Source of the DNA: Carcharhinus longimanus
Taxonomy: Eukaryota
Assembly: GCA_030264375.1 (NCBI GenBank)
Contig: JASCQW010000099.1
Location: forward strand, 75,747,852-75,811,816
DNA: 63,965 nt
Reading direction: 5' to 3'
This document shows positions 11,291 through 24,883 of the stretch, in pieces. Numbering within the stretch: position 1 is the stretch's first letter; each line of letters begins with the position of its first letter. A program made the translations under genes and the position numbers. The notes under the pieces are model-generated. The model made no database searches. It saw nothing but the letters and a program-made list of their open reading frames with translations, and was not told the origin of the DNA.

Positions 11291-14200
11291 CATGTTTGGG
11301 TTACTGGTGTCCTACCGTACCGAGAAACTTGTTTGGGCCCCTTGACTTTCAGAACCAGAAGGTTGTTCCATGACCTGTTTATGCATAAAGCCAAAGTTAA
11401 CACATCAGCTGCATTTCTTTTAAAGCTGAGGAAACCAATTATGAAGTTATTAAAATTTGATCTAATCTTCTTCATACTTTATAATTAGTTTCTTACGTTG
11501 TAGGGTAACAAAAACTGCTTCTACAGTATGTAACCGGCAAATAGTCCTTCCTATTTGTCTGTAAATCCACTGCGCTAAAGGCTAGTTTGTTATCTCAAAA
11601 TCTGAAATGCATGCATTACTTTCACCAGACTTCAACGGGATTGTCTTGTCTAGGATTCTTTTGAAAATAGGCTTGTTTGCAGCTAAATGTGTTTGATACG
11701 TTGCCGCTATAGTAACTCAAAACATTTCACTACATCTTCAGCATATGTCAGAACTGATTTCCTCTTATCACACTTAGAATTTAACACCATTTTCAATGGT
11801 TTGTGTTATGTTTTTGGTGAAGATTGCTAATTTTACAACTGCGAGATAAAGTTTCGAAAGATATTTGCACGACCTTTTATCCTGCTATAGTTTCCTTTTG
11901 GAAGCTGAACAAGTAGTCTGTTGAAACATTCATCAACATCTGTTGAGTTATATACTCTGATTGTGTAACAAAAAATATAAGTGGAGTCTTCTTACAATGT
12001 GAATCCTAATGAAATAAATGTACAAGGTCCATTCAAAATGGTAACTTTCATTTACGTTAAACAAAAGGGGTACAGGAGCAGAAACTGAATACAGAATCAT
12101 GCAGCGATGTTTGGAGGGAGGCAAAAAGCAGGTTATGTTTTAAAGCTCCATGTTGCAAATCTCATCTACTTAGCATTTATGAATATGTAAGTCCTTCTAG
12201 ACATGCCAGTTTCACTGACAGGCAAACAATAAGCTTTTCAACAGTCCTGAAAGCAAGATAAAATAACTAGTTCAGGCTCTGTTTATATAAAAGAAAAAGG
12301 ATGATCTCTAGTTGAGGCTGCATAAAATTTAAACGTGGCCATCTTAGTCAACTAAAAATGTCAGGGTTGTTCCAGGGAATTATACCACTTCATTTTGTAA
12401 TGAAGNNNNNNNNNNNNNNNNNNNNNNNNNNNNNNNNNNNNNNNNNNNNNNNNNNNNNNNNNNNNNNNNNNNNNNNNNNNNNNNNNNNNNNNNNNNNNNN
12501 NNNNNTAATGAAGTGGAAGATGCATAAGAATTAAAAGAATAGAACTGGACCACAGGAATTTCTTAACATTCTGACACTGATCTTCAGGTAAAGATGTCAG
12601 TCATGCAGGTAACAAATATTCCCTTTTTGAGAAAGTTACCAAGATATTGATTTTACCCTGACTGCTATAACCTGGCACCATGCCTATCCAATCTGTATAA
12701 CTCAAGAAAAGTGTTGAGCAATATGTTCCTTCATGGTTAGGTACAAAAGTCCTTGGGTTTTTCTGACCAGTAATATTTCTTCTTCATTTGACACATTGAA
12801 TAATAAAGTTACTTAAACTTGCTCTCAGCTAAATTAAATAGAGGAATCCAAGTTAGCTTTATTGGAACTAAGGATTGAAAGTATGTGTTTTAATTTTCTT
12901 TTTCTGCAAGGGTACTATAAGGATTAGAGTTTATCTGCAAATTAAGGGAAACAAAAAAAGCTTCGGTTGTGAGGAAAACTATTGAGCAAGCAACTAAAAA
13001 AAAGTTATTGGGATGTGGAAGAGAGACTATAACTGAATGCTGTGCTAAGGCACAACAGATGTAAGACCCTTCTGGTTTTAACTCATTAAGCAGAATTGAA
13101 GAGACAGACTGTACAGTACATACACTTCAACCTAACCTCCTCGGGCAAATCTCATTCTTCATCTGTTGGAATCCTAGTTGCTGTAAACATCATGCTTTAC
13201 AAGAGTATGAGGCGAGATCTTTGGAAATTGAATACAAGGATTTGGGAAGGTTTGAATAAACACTTAATTTCTGAGGCTGATATGTCTGCTTCAGGACTGA
13301 TTAACCAGTCATCCAGATACATGTTGTATCCTGGATGCCCAGAAACCATAGATGAGCTGCAACTGCTGCAAAAAATACACCTTTAATTGCCTGATGGTCT
13401 GAAGCTAGACCAGATGGTAGAGCTTGTAGGGATAAAATATCCTAGTCCGCAAAACCTGAAAAAGCCTGTTGTTTTTTGTGCCGGAATGTGGAATAAGTAT
13501 CCTTCGGGTCCACAGCACAGAGATAGTTGTCTGGTTGGATGACTTTCCTAATTATGCCTAGGGATGCAATATTAAAATACTGTGCGAAGATGCTTGTTTG
13601 AATTTATGAGGTCAAGCATAGGGCAATACAATTCTGATGTCTTGCAAATTAAGAAATGCTTAAAATAAAAGCTTTCACTAGAAGATTCAGCTGACACATG
13701 CTCCAAATGTAGTTCACTTCTATGCAATATTTGCTTGTTGTTTTATTTAGTAATTATCACTGTTACTCAACTGATTAATATTCTTCTATTTAAGACACTC
13801 TGGATATGTTAATTTATTCCTGACATTTTTCGTTCACAATTGGATAACTGTATCTGTGGGGTTATAGTTCAAACATAGAACCTCCCTCTATGGCATTCTG
13901 GCACAATCAATGAGACTGGCATGGGAACTATCATGCTGCATTCATAATATCTATGCATAATCCTATTTTATATGAATTTTGATCTCCTCACAATGGGAAT
14001 TGCTGAGGCTGAGAACAGATACAGGAAAACTGATCACTTAATTTTGGACTTCAGTTTTGCTTTATTGGATGCATTCATCAGTGGTGTGTGCGTCTGTGTG
14101 TGTTTTGGCTTTCTGAGGGGAGGACGATATGTTGCTTTGTTCTCCATTTAAAAATGTTGTAAGAGAAGCGTTATCCTGTCCTATCCTCCTGTTTCAATTG

Positions 14201-14519
14201 TTCGTTGATCACTTTTACAAATAATAATGTATAATTGTGTGTTAACCACATGCAAAGTGCAGAATATTAATCCAGTAAGGAGCATTTTTTCCTTGCCTCA
14301 GGAAGGAATTGAAATATGTAGTTTTCTCTGTGAAACTCATCTCAGGGAGTCTGAACCTCTGAAGTTTTGAAAGGAATGGGCACAGCCAGCATGTTTTTTT
14401 TGAGTGCAGAGATCACTGTAACAGTTTAACTTGTCCATTCAAAACAGATAATAATGTTGAAAGCCAACTGAAAATATGGATAAGGTATCAAAATAAGGTA
14501 TTAAAAGTTCAAGGGACAT

Positions 14520-14795
14520 TCTGGCATTTATAAAACACCTTTTGTGAGCTCAGGATGTCTCAAAGGGACTGTTGAAGTATAGTCACTGTTTTAATGTAAG
14601 AAATGCAACAGCCAAATTGATGCTTAGCCAGGTATTGTTTTTTTTAATGTTGATCTGAGAGTACATAAGGAGCCTCAGACTAATGTCTTATCCAATAGTT
14701 TAGCACTCTCAATTGTGCACTCAACTGTCAGCTGATATTATCAGCTCTAGAATAGGACTTGAACTCATAGGAGGCAAAAGTGGTACTCTGAGTCA
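14520..14795 (-). mobile_element. Deu-core SINE, decayed
   Basis: GCATTTATA..GAAGTATAGTCACTGTT..GGACTTGAAC; similar to the other copies. Confidence 0.55.
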
Positions 14796-14799
14796 TGGG

Positions 14800-15690
14800 T
14801 AATAGATCCTTGGCCAGACCCTGGGACATGGCAGCCCAGATTTTTTGGCAGGGGGAGGGGGTTAGATCCTGTGAGGAACAAATAACGCTTTGTGAACAGT
14901 AGATAATGCTTGAGATTCAAGATGCTTACCAAGTGACAGATTTTGGACAAACAAAAATAAACATTATTGTGCAAGTTCAAAAAGAAAATTTACAAAATAT
15001 TATTATACACTCCAACATTCAGGGTATGATGTGCATGTGAATTAACAAGCAAACTTGGTCAAACGCATCACACTACACAATAAATGATGGATGCAACTAA
15101 TCTGATTCATAGCTTTCTCAACAACCCACCTAGACTTTTGTCAAATTGTGAACCAGCCAATCTTAACTGAAATTTCGTCTTAGAAGAGTTTCCAATTTCC
15201 ACAGTTGAAGATCCTGTCTTGGAATTCTCTCCAAAGGTCGCTCCCACTCAGACAGCCCACCTTGTAGGGTTTCAGTCTTACCATCTGAGATTCATTTTCC
15301 TTGGATTCCAGAGCACACTGAAGTAGCAGCATACAAGTACACTTTCAGATCTATGGCCGTATCGAACAGAATACCATTGCTCCAAAAGGATACCTTTGCC
15401 TTAATGAATCTCGTTACATAAAGTCTGCACCTACAGCTCTTTCTTTAATTTGGAGCCTATTTTCCTGCTCCTTTCTTCTAACTTTATTGCCATGTATTTC
15501 TGTCCTTTTTTTCTTTGTGACACTTGTTGTCTGGCAGACTGCCTGAAACTGACTACCTCAAGAAAAGTTGTTCACTGACCCTTGAACTTATCTTAAGTCT
15601 TGTTTCCAGGCAGAAACCATTGGAGGATGCATTGGAACATTCTGTACTTACAATCTCTGCAGACAGCTAATTTAGCACACAGGAACCCTC
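14800..15690 (-). mobile_element. Possible decayed solo LTR
   Basis: Layout and composition resemble the reverse complement of the LTR at 20475-21244; termini and TSD not resolved. Confidence 0.3.
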
Positions 15691-15844
15691 AACGTACTTA
15701 ATGACAGTAACAACAGATAATCTTTGACACCAAGAACATGTTTCAGAGGCCATATTCATGCACTTAAATTTGTAAAATAATGCATTCTTTTCTTTATATA
15801 GTAATCAATTATTTGGTTTTAATCAGTGTAAAGCTGTCCACATG

Positions 15845-16285
15845 CTGGATAGACTGGGACTTTTTTTCTCTGGAGCGTAGGCTTAGGGGCGATCTTATAG
15901 AGGTCTTTAAAATAATGAGGGGCATAGATCAGCTAGATAGTCAATATCTTTTCCCTAAGGTAGAGGAGTCTAAAAGTAGAGTCTAAAAGAGTAAATTAGA
16001 TTTAGGTGAGGGGAGAGATTCAAAAGTGTCCAGAGGGGCAGTTTTTCACACGAAGGGTGGTGAGTGTCTGGAACAAGCTGCCAAAGGTAGTAGTAGAGGC
16101 TGGTATAATTTTGTCATTTAAAAAGCATCTAGACAGTTACATGAGTAAGATGAGTATAGTGGGATATGGACCAAATGCGGGCAATTGGGACTAACTTGGG
16201 GGTTTAAAAAAAAGGGGCGGCATGGACAAGTTGGGCCAAACGGTCTGTTTCCATTCTGTAAACCTCTATGACTCTATGACTATGA
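15845..16285 (+). mobile_element. CR1 (HER1-like) LINE 3' end
   Basis: FSLERRLRGDLIEVFKIMRG and FFTRRVVSVWNKLP motifs; ends in (CTATGA)n-like repeats. Confidence 0.9.
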
Positions 16286-16550
16286 CACATAAATAATGGA
16301 TGTCAAAGACCAAACCTTAACTGCGAAGATATTAAACCATATTAAAGCTTACAAAAGTTAGCAAGAAGGCTGGAAATTGTTGGCCTCCTAGCTAAAAGTA
16401 GCAGAGTGCAACTGTGCCATAAGTAAAAATTTTCTAATATATTAATAGTTCTAATTGCATGATAAATACACTTAAGTGGGATTAGTTGGGGAGAATTACT
16501 TTCAAAGTAAAACATTTTCCTCTCCCTCTCATTGCAGCTTATTGATTATA

Positions 16551-16812
16551 TTTATTTGTCACAAATAAGGCTTACATTAACATTGCAATGAAGTTACTGT
16601 AAAAATCCCTAGTCACCACATTCTGATACCTATTCAGGTCACTGTACCTAACCAGCATGTCTTTCGAACTGTGGGAGGAAACCAGAACAGCCGGAGGAAA
16701 CCCACACAGACACGGAGAGAATGTGCAGATTCTGCACAGAGAGTGACCCAAGCTGGGAATTGAACCCGAGTCCCTGGCACTGTGAGGCAGCAGTGCAAAC
16801 CACTTTTCCGCC
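16551..16812 (-). mobile_element. V-core SINE with alternative (non-CR1) 3' tail
   Basis: Same tRNA head and V-core as 926-1288, but the tail reads ..GTAACTTCATTGCAATGTTAATGTAAGCC..GTGACAAATAAA. Confidence 0.85.
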
Positions 16813-18473
16813 GATGCCTTTCTTTGTGTTGATGATAAAGCAATTTGTCAAATCCTGACACGCTGAGCCTGTTGAATAGAAAGGACTAACTTGGATGATT
16901 CATCTTTTGGGGCATTCTTTGTCTGACTATAGTTAAAGAGGACAGATACCAGCATTCTTCCCAATCCTAGATGCAAATCTTGCAGCTAAAATATAGATTA
17001 AACCAGGTTAACTGATCAGTGGTATCTTAATTGAAAAACATTGCACTGTTTTGACAAAATATAGCCTGATTCTTCCAAGCAACAGCAAGATTGTTGAATT
17101 GCTGCTGCACTCGAAAATTCCCCCAACTCGATGCTGTTTCACATTTTTTCTGGGATCTTCCAAGTCCAATTTTCTCATAAATATGCAGTACAGCATACCT
17201 CAGTGAACTCCATTGGAATAGAGTCAAGGGAACACAGAATATGTCCCCTGCTTATGGCACTAGATTCCATATCTTGAGTTTAAAAGTCCAGTCTGAATGA
17301 GTAAGTGGGTGAGTAAGTAGTTGGAGTAGTGGGTTGGTGGGTGAGGCGATGGGGGAGAGGGGCAGGGTTAATTTATGGAACTACTCCAGCTTTAAGCTTT
17401 CAAAGATTTCTTGGGTAACTATCTAGGTAAGTATCATGGAACTATCCAAAGGAGTCAGAGACTTTCACAATGATTCCTGGGGAGAAGGGAAATGCCCATC
17501 AAACGTTGAAATTTCCCAGGCAATTCACATGTAGATCCATGCAACAGGGCTTCCACAGGGTCCTGGCACATATCTTTGTATCTGGTAATCCAGACACCAG
17601 CAGACTTAGCTCTCTATAAATTTATACATAATATAGTGTTATTAGAAACTCTTCCGAGATGTGTCTCTGCTTCCTATCATTTTTAATAACAAAATATTGA
17701 AATAACCTCATAAATTTTCCAAATATTTGTCTGTTCCATGTTCATTCTGATCTGATTTTTATTTCCCTAAAACATTTAAAGGCAGAAATTGTCTACCATC
17801 AGCATTACTCTCACTAGATAAGAGCAAGAGATTAAAAATTGAGACTGCAGTGTTTTAATTCCCTCTCCAATCTGCAATTGAGTGTCAGTTTAGATGTAGA
17901 TGCCCATTGATGCCCACACGGCAGTGTGCAGATTGCATAATGGACAGAATCCTCTGCCTTCCCGCATTGTGAGTTTGGTGGCAGGAGTCATTTAATTGGG
18001 TGGGAGGGTAATGTCTGGGAGTCCTAGCGCCTTTCCATCTTCACTCAAATTAATTCCATGGCAGGAAGGATGGCCTTCTCACCCTGAAAGTAGTGCCCAT
18101 TACAGGGAACATGACAAAGCATACCTGTGCGGGGTCAGGATCCTTGTTGAAAGGCATTCAGTGCCTAATCGAGGAACGCAGCATCAAGAAAGGAGTGTCC
18201 ACTGAGGGACATCACCCCTCCCCCACCACCCTCCCAACCCCATCTTGTTGCCCCTGAGTCCCACTCCAGGATCACCTTCCCGCCATCACTCTTCTGGCTT
18301 GGGATCCAGCAATTAACCTGGACCTCAGGCAGTATCTTACTGGAAGCAGCATAGCTCCCTGGGGGTGCAGCTGGTTAGCAGAACTGTCAGCCTCTGATTA
18401 GCCAGAAACTTTTGGCGGGCAAGACCTCTGATTCCAGGAGAAGACCCATGATTGGCCATTAGGTGCCTGTTAA

Positions 18474-18864
18474 GGGGAGGTGATGGCCTAGTAGTATTAT
18501 CACTAGACTTTTAATCCAGAAACTCAGCTAATGCTCTGGGGACTTGAGTTTATATCCTGCCACGGCAAATGGTGAATTTGAATTCAGTAAAAAAAATCTG
18601 GAATTAAATTCCCACTGATGACCTATGAAACCATTGCTGATTGTCAGAAAAAATTATCTAGTTCACTAATGCCCTTTAAAGAAGAAAATCTGCCATCCTT
18701 ACCTGGTCTGGCCTACATGTGACTCCAGACCCACCGCAATGTGGTTGACTCTTAACTGCCCTCTGAAATGGTCTAGCAAACCACTTAGTTCAAGGGAGAT
18801 TAGGGATGGGCAATAAATGCTGGCCCAGTCAGGGGTGCCCACATCACATGCATTAATAAAAAAA
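18474..18864 (+). mobile_element. tRNA-derived SINE with Nin-like core (family copy 2)
   Basis: Collinear with 9949-10304; CTTACCTGGTCTGGCCTACATGTGACTCCAGACCCAC..GGGATGGGCAATAAATGCTGGCC. Confidence 0.82.
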
Positions 18865-18981
18865 GTTAGAACAAGATGTGCTAGGCTTTCCCTAGAAGAG
18901 CCAACAGCATGGGGCACTGAACCTAAAATTTGTACACCTTATTCACTATATCACCTTTATTCTTTTTAGAAATATCTCAAA

Positions 18982-19312
18982 ATAGAATCATAGAAGAATC
19001 ATAGAATCATAAAATCCCTATAGTGCAGAAGGAGGCTATTCGGCCCACTGAGTCTGCACGAATCACAATCCCACTAGGCCCTATTCCCGCAACCCCACAT
19101 ATTAATCCTGCTAATTTGCCTGATATTTCGGTCAATTTAACATGGTCAATCAACCTAACCCGCGCATCTTTGTGGGAAGAAACCGGAACACCCAGAGACA
19201 ACCCACGCAGACATGGGGAGAAAGTGCAAACTCCACACAAACAGTGACCGAAGGCCAGAATTGAACCCAGGTCCCTGACACTGTGAGGCAGCAGTGCTAA
19301 TCACTCCTGCCG
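18982..19312 (-). mobile_element. V-core SINE (HE1-like) with CR1-type tail
   Basis: tRNA head, V-core and (TTCTATGA)n terminal repeats on the minus strand. Confidence 0.85.
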
Positions 19313-19824
19313 CACAGTAGTGGTTAAATACTTGTAATTATCCAGCGTATGACAATATGTCGCATATTTTGGCACTGACAAAGTATGATATTGCTGGATA
19401 CACATTCAGTATATACTCTGGAGTATCCTAATTCTGCAAACATTACTGACCTTTTGTTTTTATTTGGGATAACACCTTGGTGCCCTTCTAAAAGCCTGGC
19501 AAGATCCTAATTTTGACTTGAAAGGGATTTAGGGATAATGCCACCGAATAAAGCAGCATATGCGGTATAAGCCTGGCTTTTTTTAGATCATAAATTATCA
19601 CTATTTATCACTTTAAAAAGCAATTGACAAAGATAATTGTAAATTATTCTCTACGGCAATGAGATTCAAATATTAAGAAGCATCATTTCAGTGACTGATG
19701 GGATGGAAATTATGGCAGAGTTAGAAAAGGAGTTACTGGGAAATGTCATTGAAATGTATGGGTTCAAGAACCCCGATGTAGTTATTTCTGCAGAGATAGA
19801 GGATTGGGGAATGTGGTTAGACGA

Positions 19825-20015
19825 TGGGCAGGATTTACTGTGCAACCGGTCTCGTGTTTCATGGCAGTGGGAGGCAGCCTGCCATTGGCTGGGGCCGCTG
19901 TTGAAATGGTATTTACTGTTAAGCTTGCCCCTCATCATCGTGAACCTGTGTTGGGGGTAAGCCAACTGTGGGACTGGAAGATCCCGCTGGCCGAATTGCT
20001 GGAAAGTTTTGGCCA
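19825..20015. mobile_element. Harbinger-type MITE
   Basis: Imperfect TIRs GGGCAGGATTTAC ... GGAAAGTTTTGGCC; similar to 5853-6063. Confidence 0.5.
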
Positions 20016-20309
20016 CTGATTCCAGATCATTTAAAAAGTAATGGGCATATTATGGGTTATGTAGCTTTTTTTCCATTCCTGAATGATGATGCTCGTTAGA
20101 AATAAGTCATTACTGAACTGTGGGTACATGGCTTGTAACATCATTAGTGCAGTAAGTGGTATTTACACTGCAATCTCTCAAATCTTTTTAAGAAGTATTA
20201 TCAAATGGATTTATTCCGTTTATTGTGCAATTGAATTACATAGTCGTGGTCATTTCACGTTGCACTGAACTGGAGAATTAAATCCAATAAGAAGTACATA
20301 AGAGATGTC

Positions 20310-21472
20310 CTCATTAAAACATGTAAAATTCTCAAAGGGCTTGATAGAGTAGATACTGGGAGTCTAGAACTAAGGTTGAGAATCATAGCATCATTATGGC
20401 ACAGAAGGAGTCTATTTGCCCTATTGAGTTCATTGCCACTTCTAAGGGCAGCTACTTTGGACTGAAATGAGGAGTGTAGCGAAATCCAATACTTAGCTTT
20501 AAGTTGATGTCATGGTTTGGAGCTTCAGGACCGGCTGGGAAATGGCCACACATGTGCTGTTCACTTTTTTTTTACAACCTTTGGGCCTTCTGTGCATGCT
20601 TTAGCTGGGAAAGGTGCACAGTTAATCTTTTTACATTCTTTAGGCAGGAACAGACATGCACAGAAGAAAAGGAAGTGAAGGAGTGAAATGGCACAAATCT
20701 ACAGGTGACCTCAACAGGAGTGCCATTTGAGAGGAGGTGCCCCAGAGACCAGGAGACTGGGAGGGGGACAGAGAGAAGGTCCCAAACCAGGCAGAGACAA
20801 AGACAGGGATCAAAGATAGATCCCATTGAGTCACAATAAACAACAGGAGCAGGAGAAAGGCTCCAAATTAAACAGAGAGCTGCAGGGAGCAGACTTGAGT
20901 AAAAGTGGGCTCAAGAGAAGCCCAGCAGATCTGAGAGAGCAGCCAAAGGTTAGTGATTCCATGCTGTGGGCTGTACGATATACCTATAGTGAAGGAATAC
21001 AGATTATTTGAATAATTTTCTTGTGTTTGTAATGAGATCTTCCCAATCTTTTTGTCTGGTGTAATAGTGTTCATTCTTGTTTAATAAACGTTTTATTCAT
21101 TGTGTTAAAACTTCATCAGCAGTCTCCTGTGAATTTGTTCAGTAACTTGCTTCCCCAGTTTCTCAAAAAAATTAAAACTCAACATTTATCAAGCCACTCT
21201 GGGATCTGATTTGTCCAGTGGTAACATCAGCTTGGATCCTAACAGGAGAAATATCTTCATTCAAAATGTTATGGATCTTGGAATTATCTATTCCAGAGGA
21301 CCTTGGATGCTCAGTTGTTGAACATACTCAGGACCGAGTTTGAAACATTTTTGGATACTAAGGAAATTAATGGATGTGGTGTTAGTGCAGGAAACTGGAA
21401 GGTAGAAGGTCAGCCATGATCATATTGAAAGGCGGAACTGGCTCAAAGGGCCAAATGCTCCTTATGTTCTTT
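20310..21472 (+). mobile_element. CR1 LINE 3' end split by an LTR insertion
   Basis: GGACTGAAATGAGGAG|..|GGAGAAATATCTTCATTC rejoins into the CR1 sequence seen intact at 62217-62245. Confidence 0.75.
20475..21244 (+). mobile_element. Solo LTR (770 bp), Gypsy/ERV type
   Basis: TGT...ACA termini, perfect 4-bp TSD GGAG (20471-20474 and 21245-21248), AATAAA near 21083. Confidence 0.8.
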
Positions 21473-24400
21473 TGTCCTAGATTGTTGACATCGCTTTGGC
21501 TGGGGATTGGAGGAAAAGAGTGTACTGTGTTGGTCGGTGAATTGCGATGCTGTTTCAACAATAGTTTATTTCACTAACATGCAGTACGGTTCAGCCCTGA
21601 TAAATACATAACTAGTTTGCCAAAAAAAGTCCATGCTGAAATCAGGATTATATTTGAATCAGGATTTCTGTAAACCGCAGATAAAAAAATCAATTTGCAA
21701 ATCTTGGTACCACAGCTATTTAAATGATTCATTCAGGAATTTAATTTAATTTAAACAAGCACAGCAGAAACGCTTAACAAAACCATATATTTTACCCTGA
21801 AATGATTAGACTTGTAAAATATGCCTTCTGTACATACATTTGGCAGCAGATTGACTAAGCTTAGTGCATTACTGATAAATGAGGACTGTTTAGGTCAGGA
21901 ACTCCATACAGTAGGAGGGAAAAAATATATATTTAGTACGTTAGAATTTTTGGATTGTGATTTTTTTTAATGTTTCATTCAGTTGCTTACTTATAGTCTT
22001 AAACTGGTATTGTAAAACAAAAGAAACAGGGTCTGAAGTGGAAGTTGACTAACTAAGATGGAGGATCATTACTTTTGAATCATTTTTCACAGGGGATTCT
22101 CTGCAAATGCAGTATTGCTGTATTGCCACAGACCCCCCATCATTCCAGGATTCCTTCTCCAAATTTTTGGTCAGTACTGGAAGGAAATAATACTGTGTTA
22201 CAGAATTTTTTTTTTATTAATATACAGTAATAGAAACTTTGTAAGTGAATGGTTGGAGAAAAAACAGCATTTTCAAAACTTTATATTCACAGCACGTGGT
22301 ATGCCCTGCCCCAGAAGGACGTAAATGTGATGCGCCCTGAGGGTCCACATATCCTAGTTTACAAGCCTATGCATGTGAGGAATTTCCCAGGACTTCTCAA
22401 AACAGTGTCTTTTTAAATCTTTATTTCACTTTTTCCAGCAGATCACATGATGAGGTAGCGAGTATATAACCTGGGCAGCTTGGATAGACCAGGGGATCTT
22501 TATCTATCTGTCATTGTCCTTTTTTTGGTATATGTGGTTGTAGATCTACTTCCCTCTAATTATATAAACTGGGCGTTGTTTTTTTTTATTTCTCCTTTTC
22601 TTACCTCCAAAGAATATTGTGATTTACCAGTATATTTTCAATAATGATCTATAGCTTCATACCAGCTGCCAAAAGCCAGTTACAAAATATTTCTTAATGA
22701 AATGCATTTAATTTCAACCTGTGATGCCCTCTCTTCATAAATGCAAAATTTTACAGTGCATTGCTTTAACACAAAATCAAATTTAAGGTTAATTTGTGGC
22801 ATTTGTAGTGATCTTTTCTCTAGTTACCCTTCAAGGCTAAAGCATTGTTGACTCTAGTTATGCTGTTTTAATCCTACTTTTTTGTGACGCAGAGCCTTTC
22901 CACTTTGATCAGGACCCAACTGGTTCAACGTTTGCAAAGTTAATAAAAAAAATGGCTACTGCATTTCAAAAAACTTTATGCATCTATTTGATTAAATAAA
23001 AGTTGTCCACCTGCCATATTTTGTCCGGCATATTACTGTGTTTGTGAAACAATGACAAATTGCAGGAATGGGGTTTATTACTCCCGAGCAAGAACAAAAA
23101 ATACCAATCAGCAATACGCAAAAACTTCCAAACAGAAATTGGCATACATCAGTCAGTGAATCAATGGAATTGCTCCAAATAGTTTTTGAGAATATTTTTG
23201 ATTGTCACCTTAGCTTCTCCACTGAGGTGAAGTCTCCTACGACATACTTTGTAGCAAAACAATGGCATAAAAGATACAGAACAATTAAACTTATCTTAGA
23301 ACAAAACATAATTCTGTATTCAAAATCCCTCAAAACTTTCCATCAGTAGCCCATACACTCCTAACAAGCTGAGGCCAGAGTTAATAGTGTCATCATCAAT
23401 TGAAAATACCTAATAAGAAGCAAAAAAATGTTTCTACCATTGCCCTTTGCCACAAGTTTTTGGAATTTTTTTGAGAGAGATAACAGTTACCCAGACTTGT
23501 TGCTTGTAAGTTTTACCTTACTTTGCATCTCCTCTATTTCAATGGGAAGTTCAGGAGGACAGAATTTCTGAGGGAAGCCACTTTTAGGAACAGTGAAAGT
23601 AAATGCTTTTTGTATGCATGGAACATTCAAATTAGGAAATATGTGAACTTCCAAGTTGTTTCTTCTCCAGAAAGCTATGTACCAATGATGACACTGAATT
23701 AGTAATACGGTGCAATACTTTGAAGTATGATGTTAGATGAAAAGTTTATGCTAAAGCACAATACTCATAGACCAGGATTTTATGGCTCCTCTTGCCAAAC
23801 AAAATATTACAGTCCTGCTGAAGTGAACAGCAATCTAAATGTCCCGCTGTATCTGTCACTGGGAGACATGCCGTGGCAAATCCTTGCTATAGTAGTTTGG
23901 ATGTTTTGCTGTTGCAAGGGGATGTAGCTCGGTAGGGGATGGTGTATGCTATATATATCACTACTGCGAATGTTTAGGAGACATTTGCAAGAGATCAGTG
24001 CACCCAAGAACATATAGCTCAAACTTTCTTTTGTGTATAGACCATACTACATTTAACCCATGAATGTTTAATGCCGACAACGGATGGAAAAATGTGGTAA
24101 AGCATTCCAATTTCTAGCTTGAGTAGCACACAAAATCTTCCAAAATAATATAAATTAAATCGTTTGTCACTGGAAATCTGTTTGGCCCATGTTGCCTATG
24201 GAATTGGCCAGCAAACAGTTCCATTAAACAAATGGTAATCAGCATTTCATTTTGTTTCTGGTTATCAGTTTGCAACATCATTTGATGGTAGCTGTGTACT
24301 AAATTACAAAAAAATTGTTATGCACTTTCTTTTGACTTTTTAGTTTTTTTTCTCCCAGTCTTCAGTCAAGTATTTGCTCTAACCTCACCACAAAGCCATA

Positions 24401-24600
24401 TTCTTAATAAAATTGCACTCTTAATTTTGTCCATCACCTTTATTTTTAATTAGGTTCATGACTTTTTCTAAAATATTAGCATATTCTATAACAGAGAAGA
24501 TGAATTGCTGAGGGTGAGATTTTAACTCATTCCCATTAGGACGGGCAACACCGAACTGTGCTTGGACCAGTGTTCTGACAAACCGCATAACCAGGGAAAT

Positions 24601-24883
24601 TGTAGTATTTGTGGTGTCTGCTTCTCTGCCACCTGGCTTAAGGGACGTTTGGAAACTGAGAAAGTGATCACACTTGAGGTTGGAGTCCTCTCTCATGCAG
24701 AATCATCAAATAGCCATGTATTAAGCATATGGGAAAGGAGCTCTGCCCCAAGGTAGCCATGGGCTGCAATCCATCCCCTGTACCTGATTTCTCTTCATCA
24801 ATAAATATCTATTGTTCCTAACAAAGTCTGAAGTGTCTTGACGTCACCTGAGGGGTGCCATGCTACTGCACATTGGCGACGAG
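24601..24883 (+). mobile_element. Gypsy-type 5' LTR (24601-24870) plus primer-binding site
   Basis: Imperfect terminal IR TGTAGTA/TACTGCA, AATAAA at 24800-24805, PBS TGGCGACGAG at 24874-24883. Confidence 0.65.

Noticed and set aside
19691-19960. Acidic, protein-like 89-aa ORF or cryptic exon
   Set aside because: No similarity to the expected SDCCAG8 exon, its second half is a MITE, and there is no convincing donor site.
22885-22925. LF-SINE-like head GCAGAGCCTTTCCAC..GGTTCAAC
   Set aside because: Too short, with no downstream body similarity.
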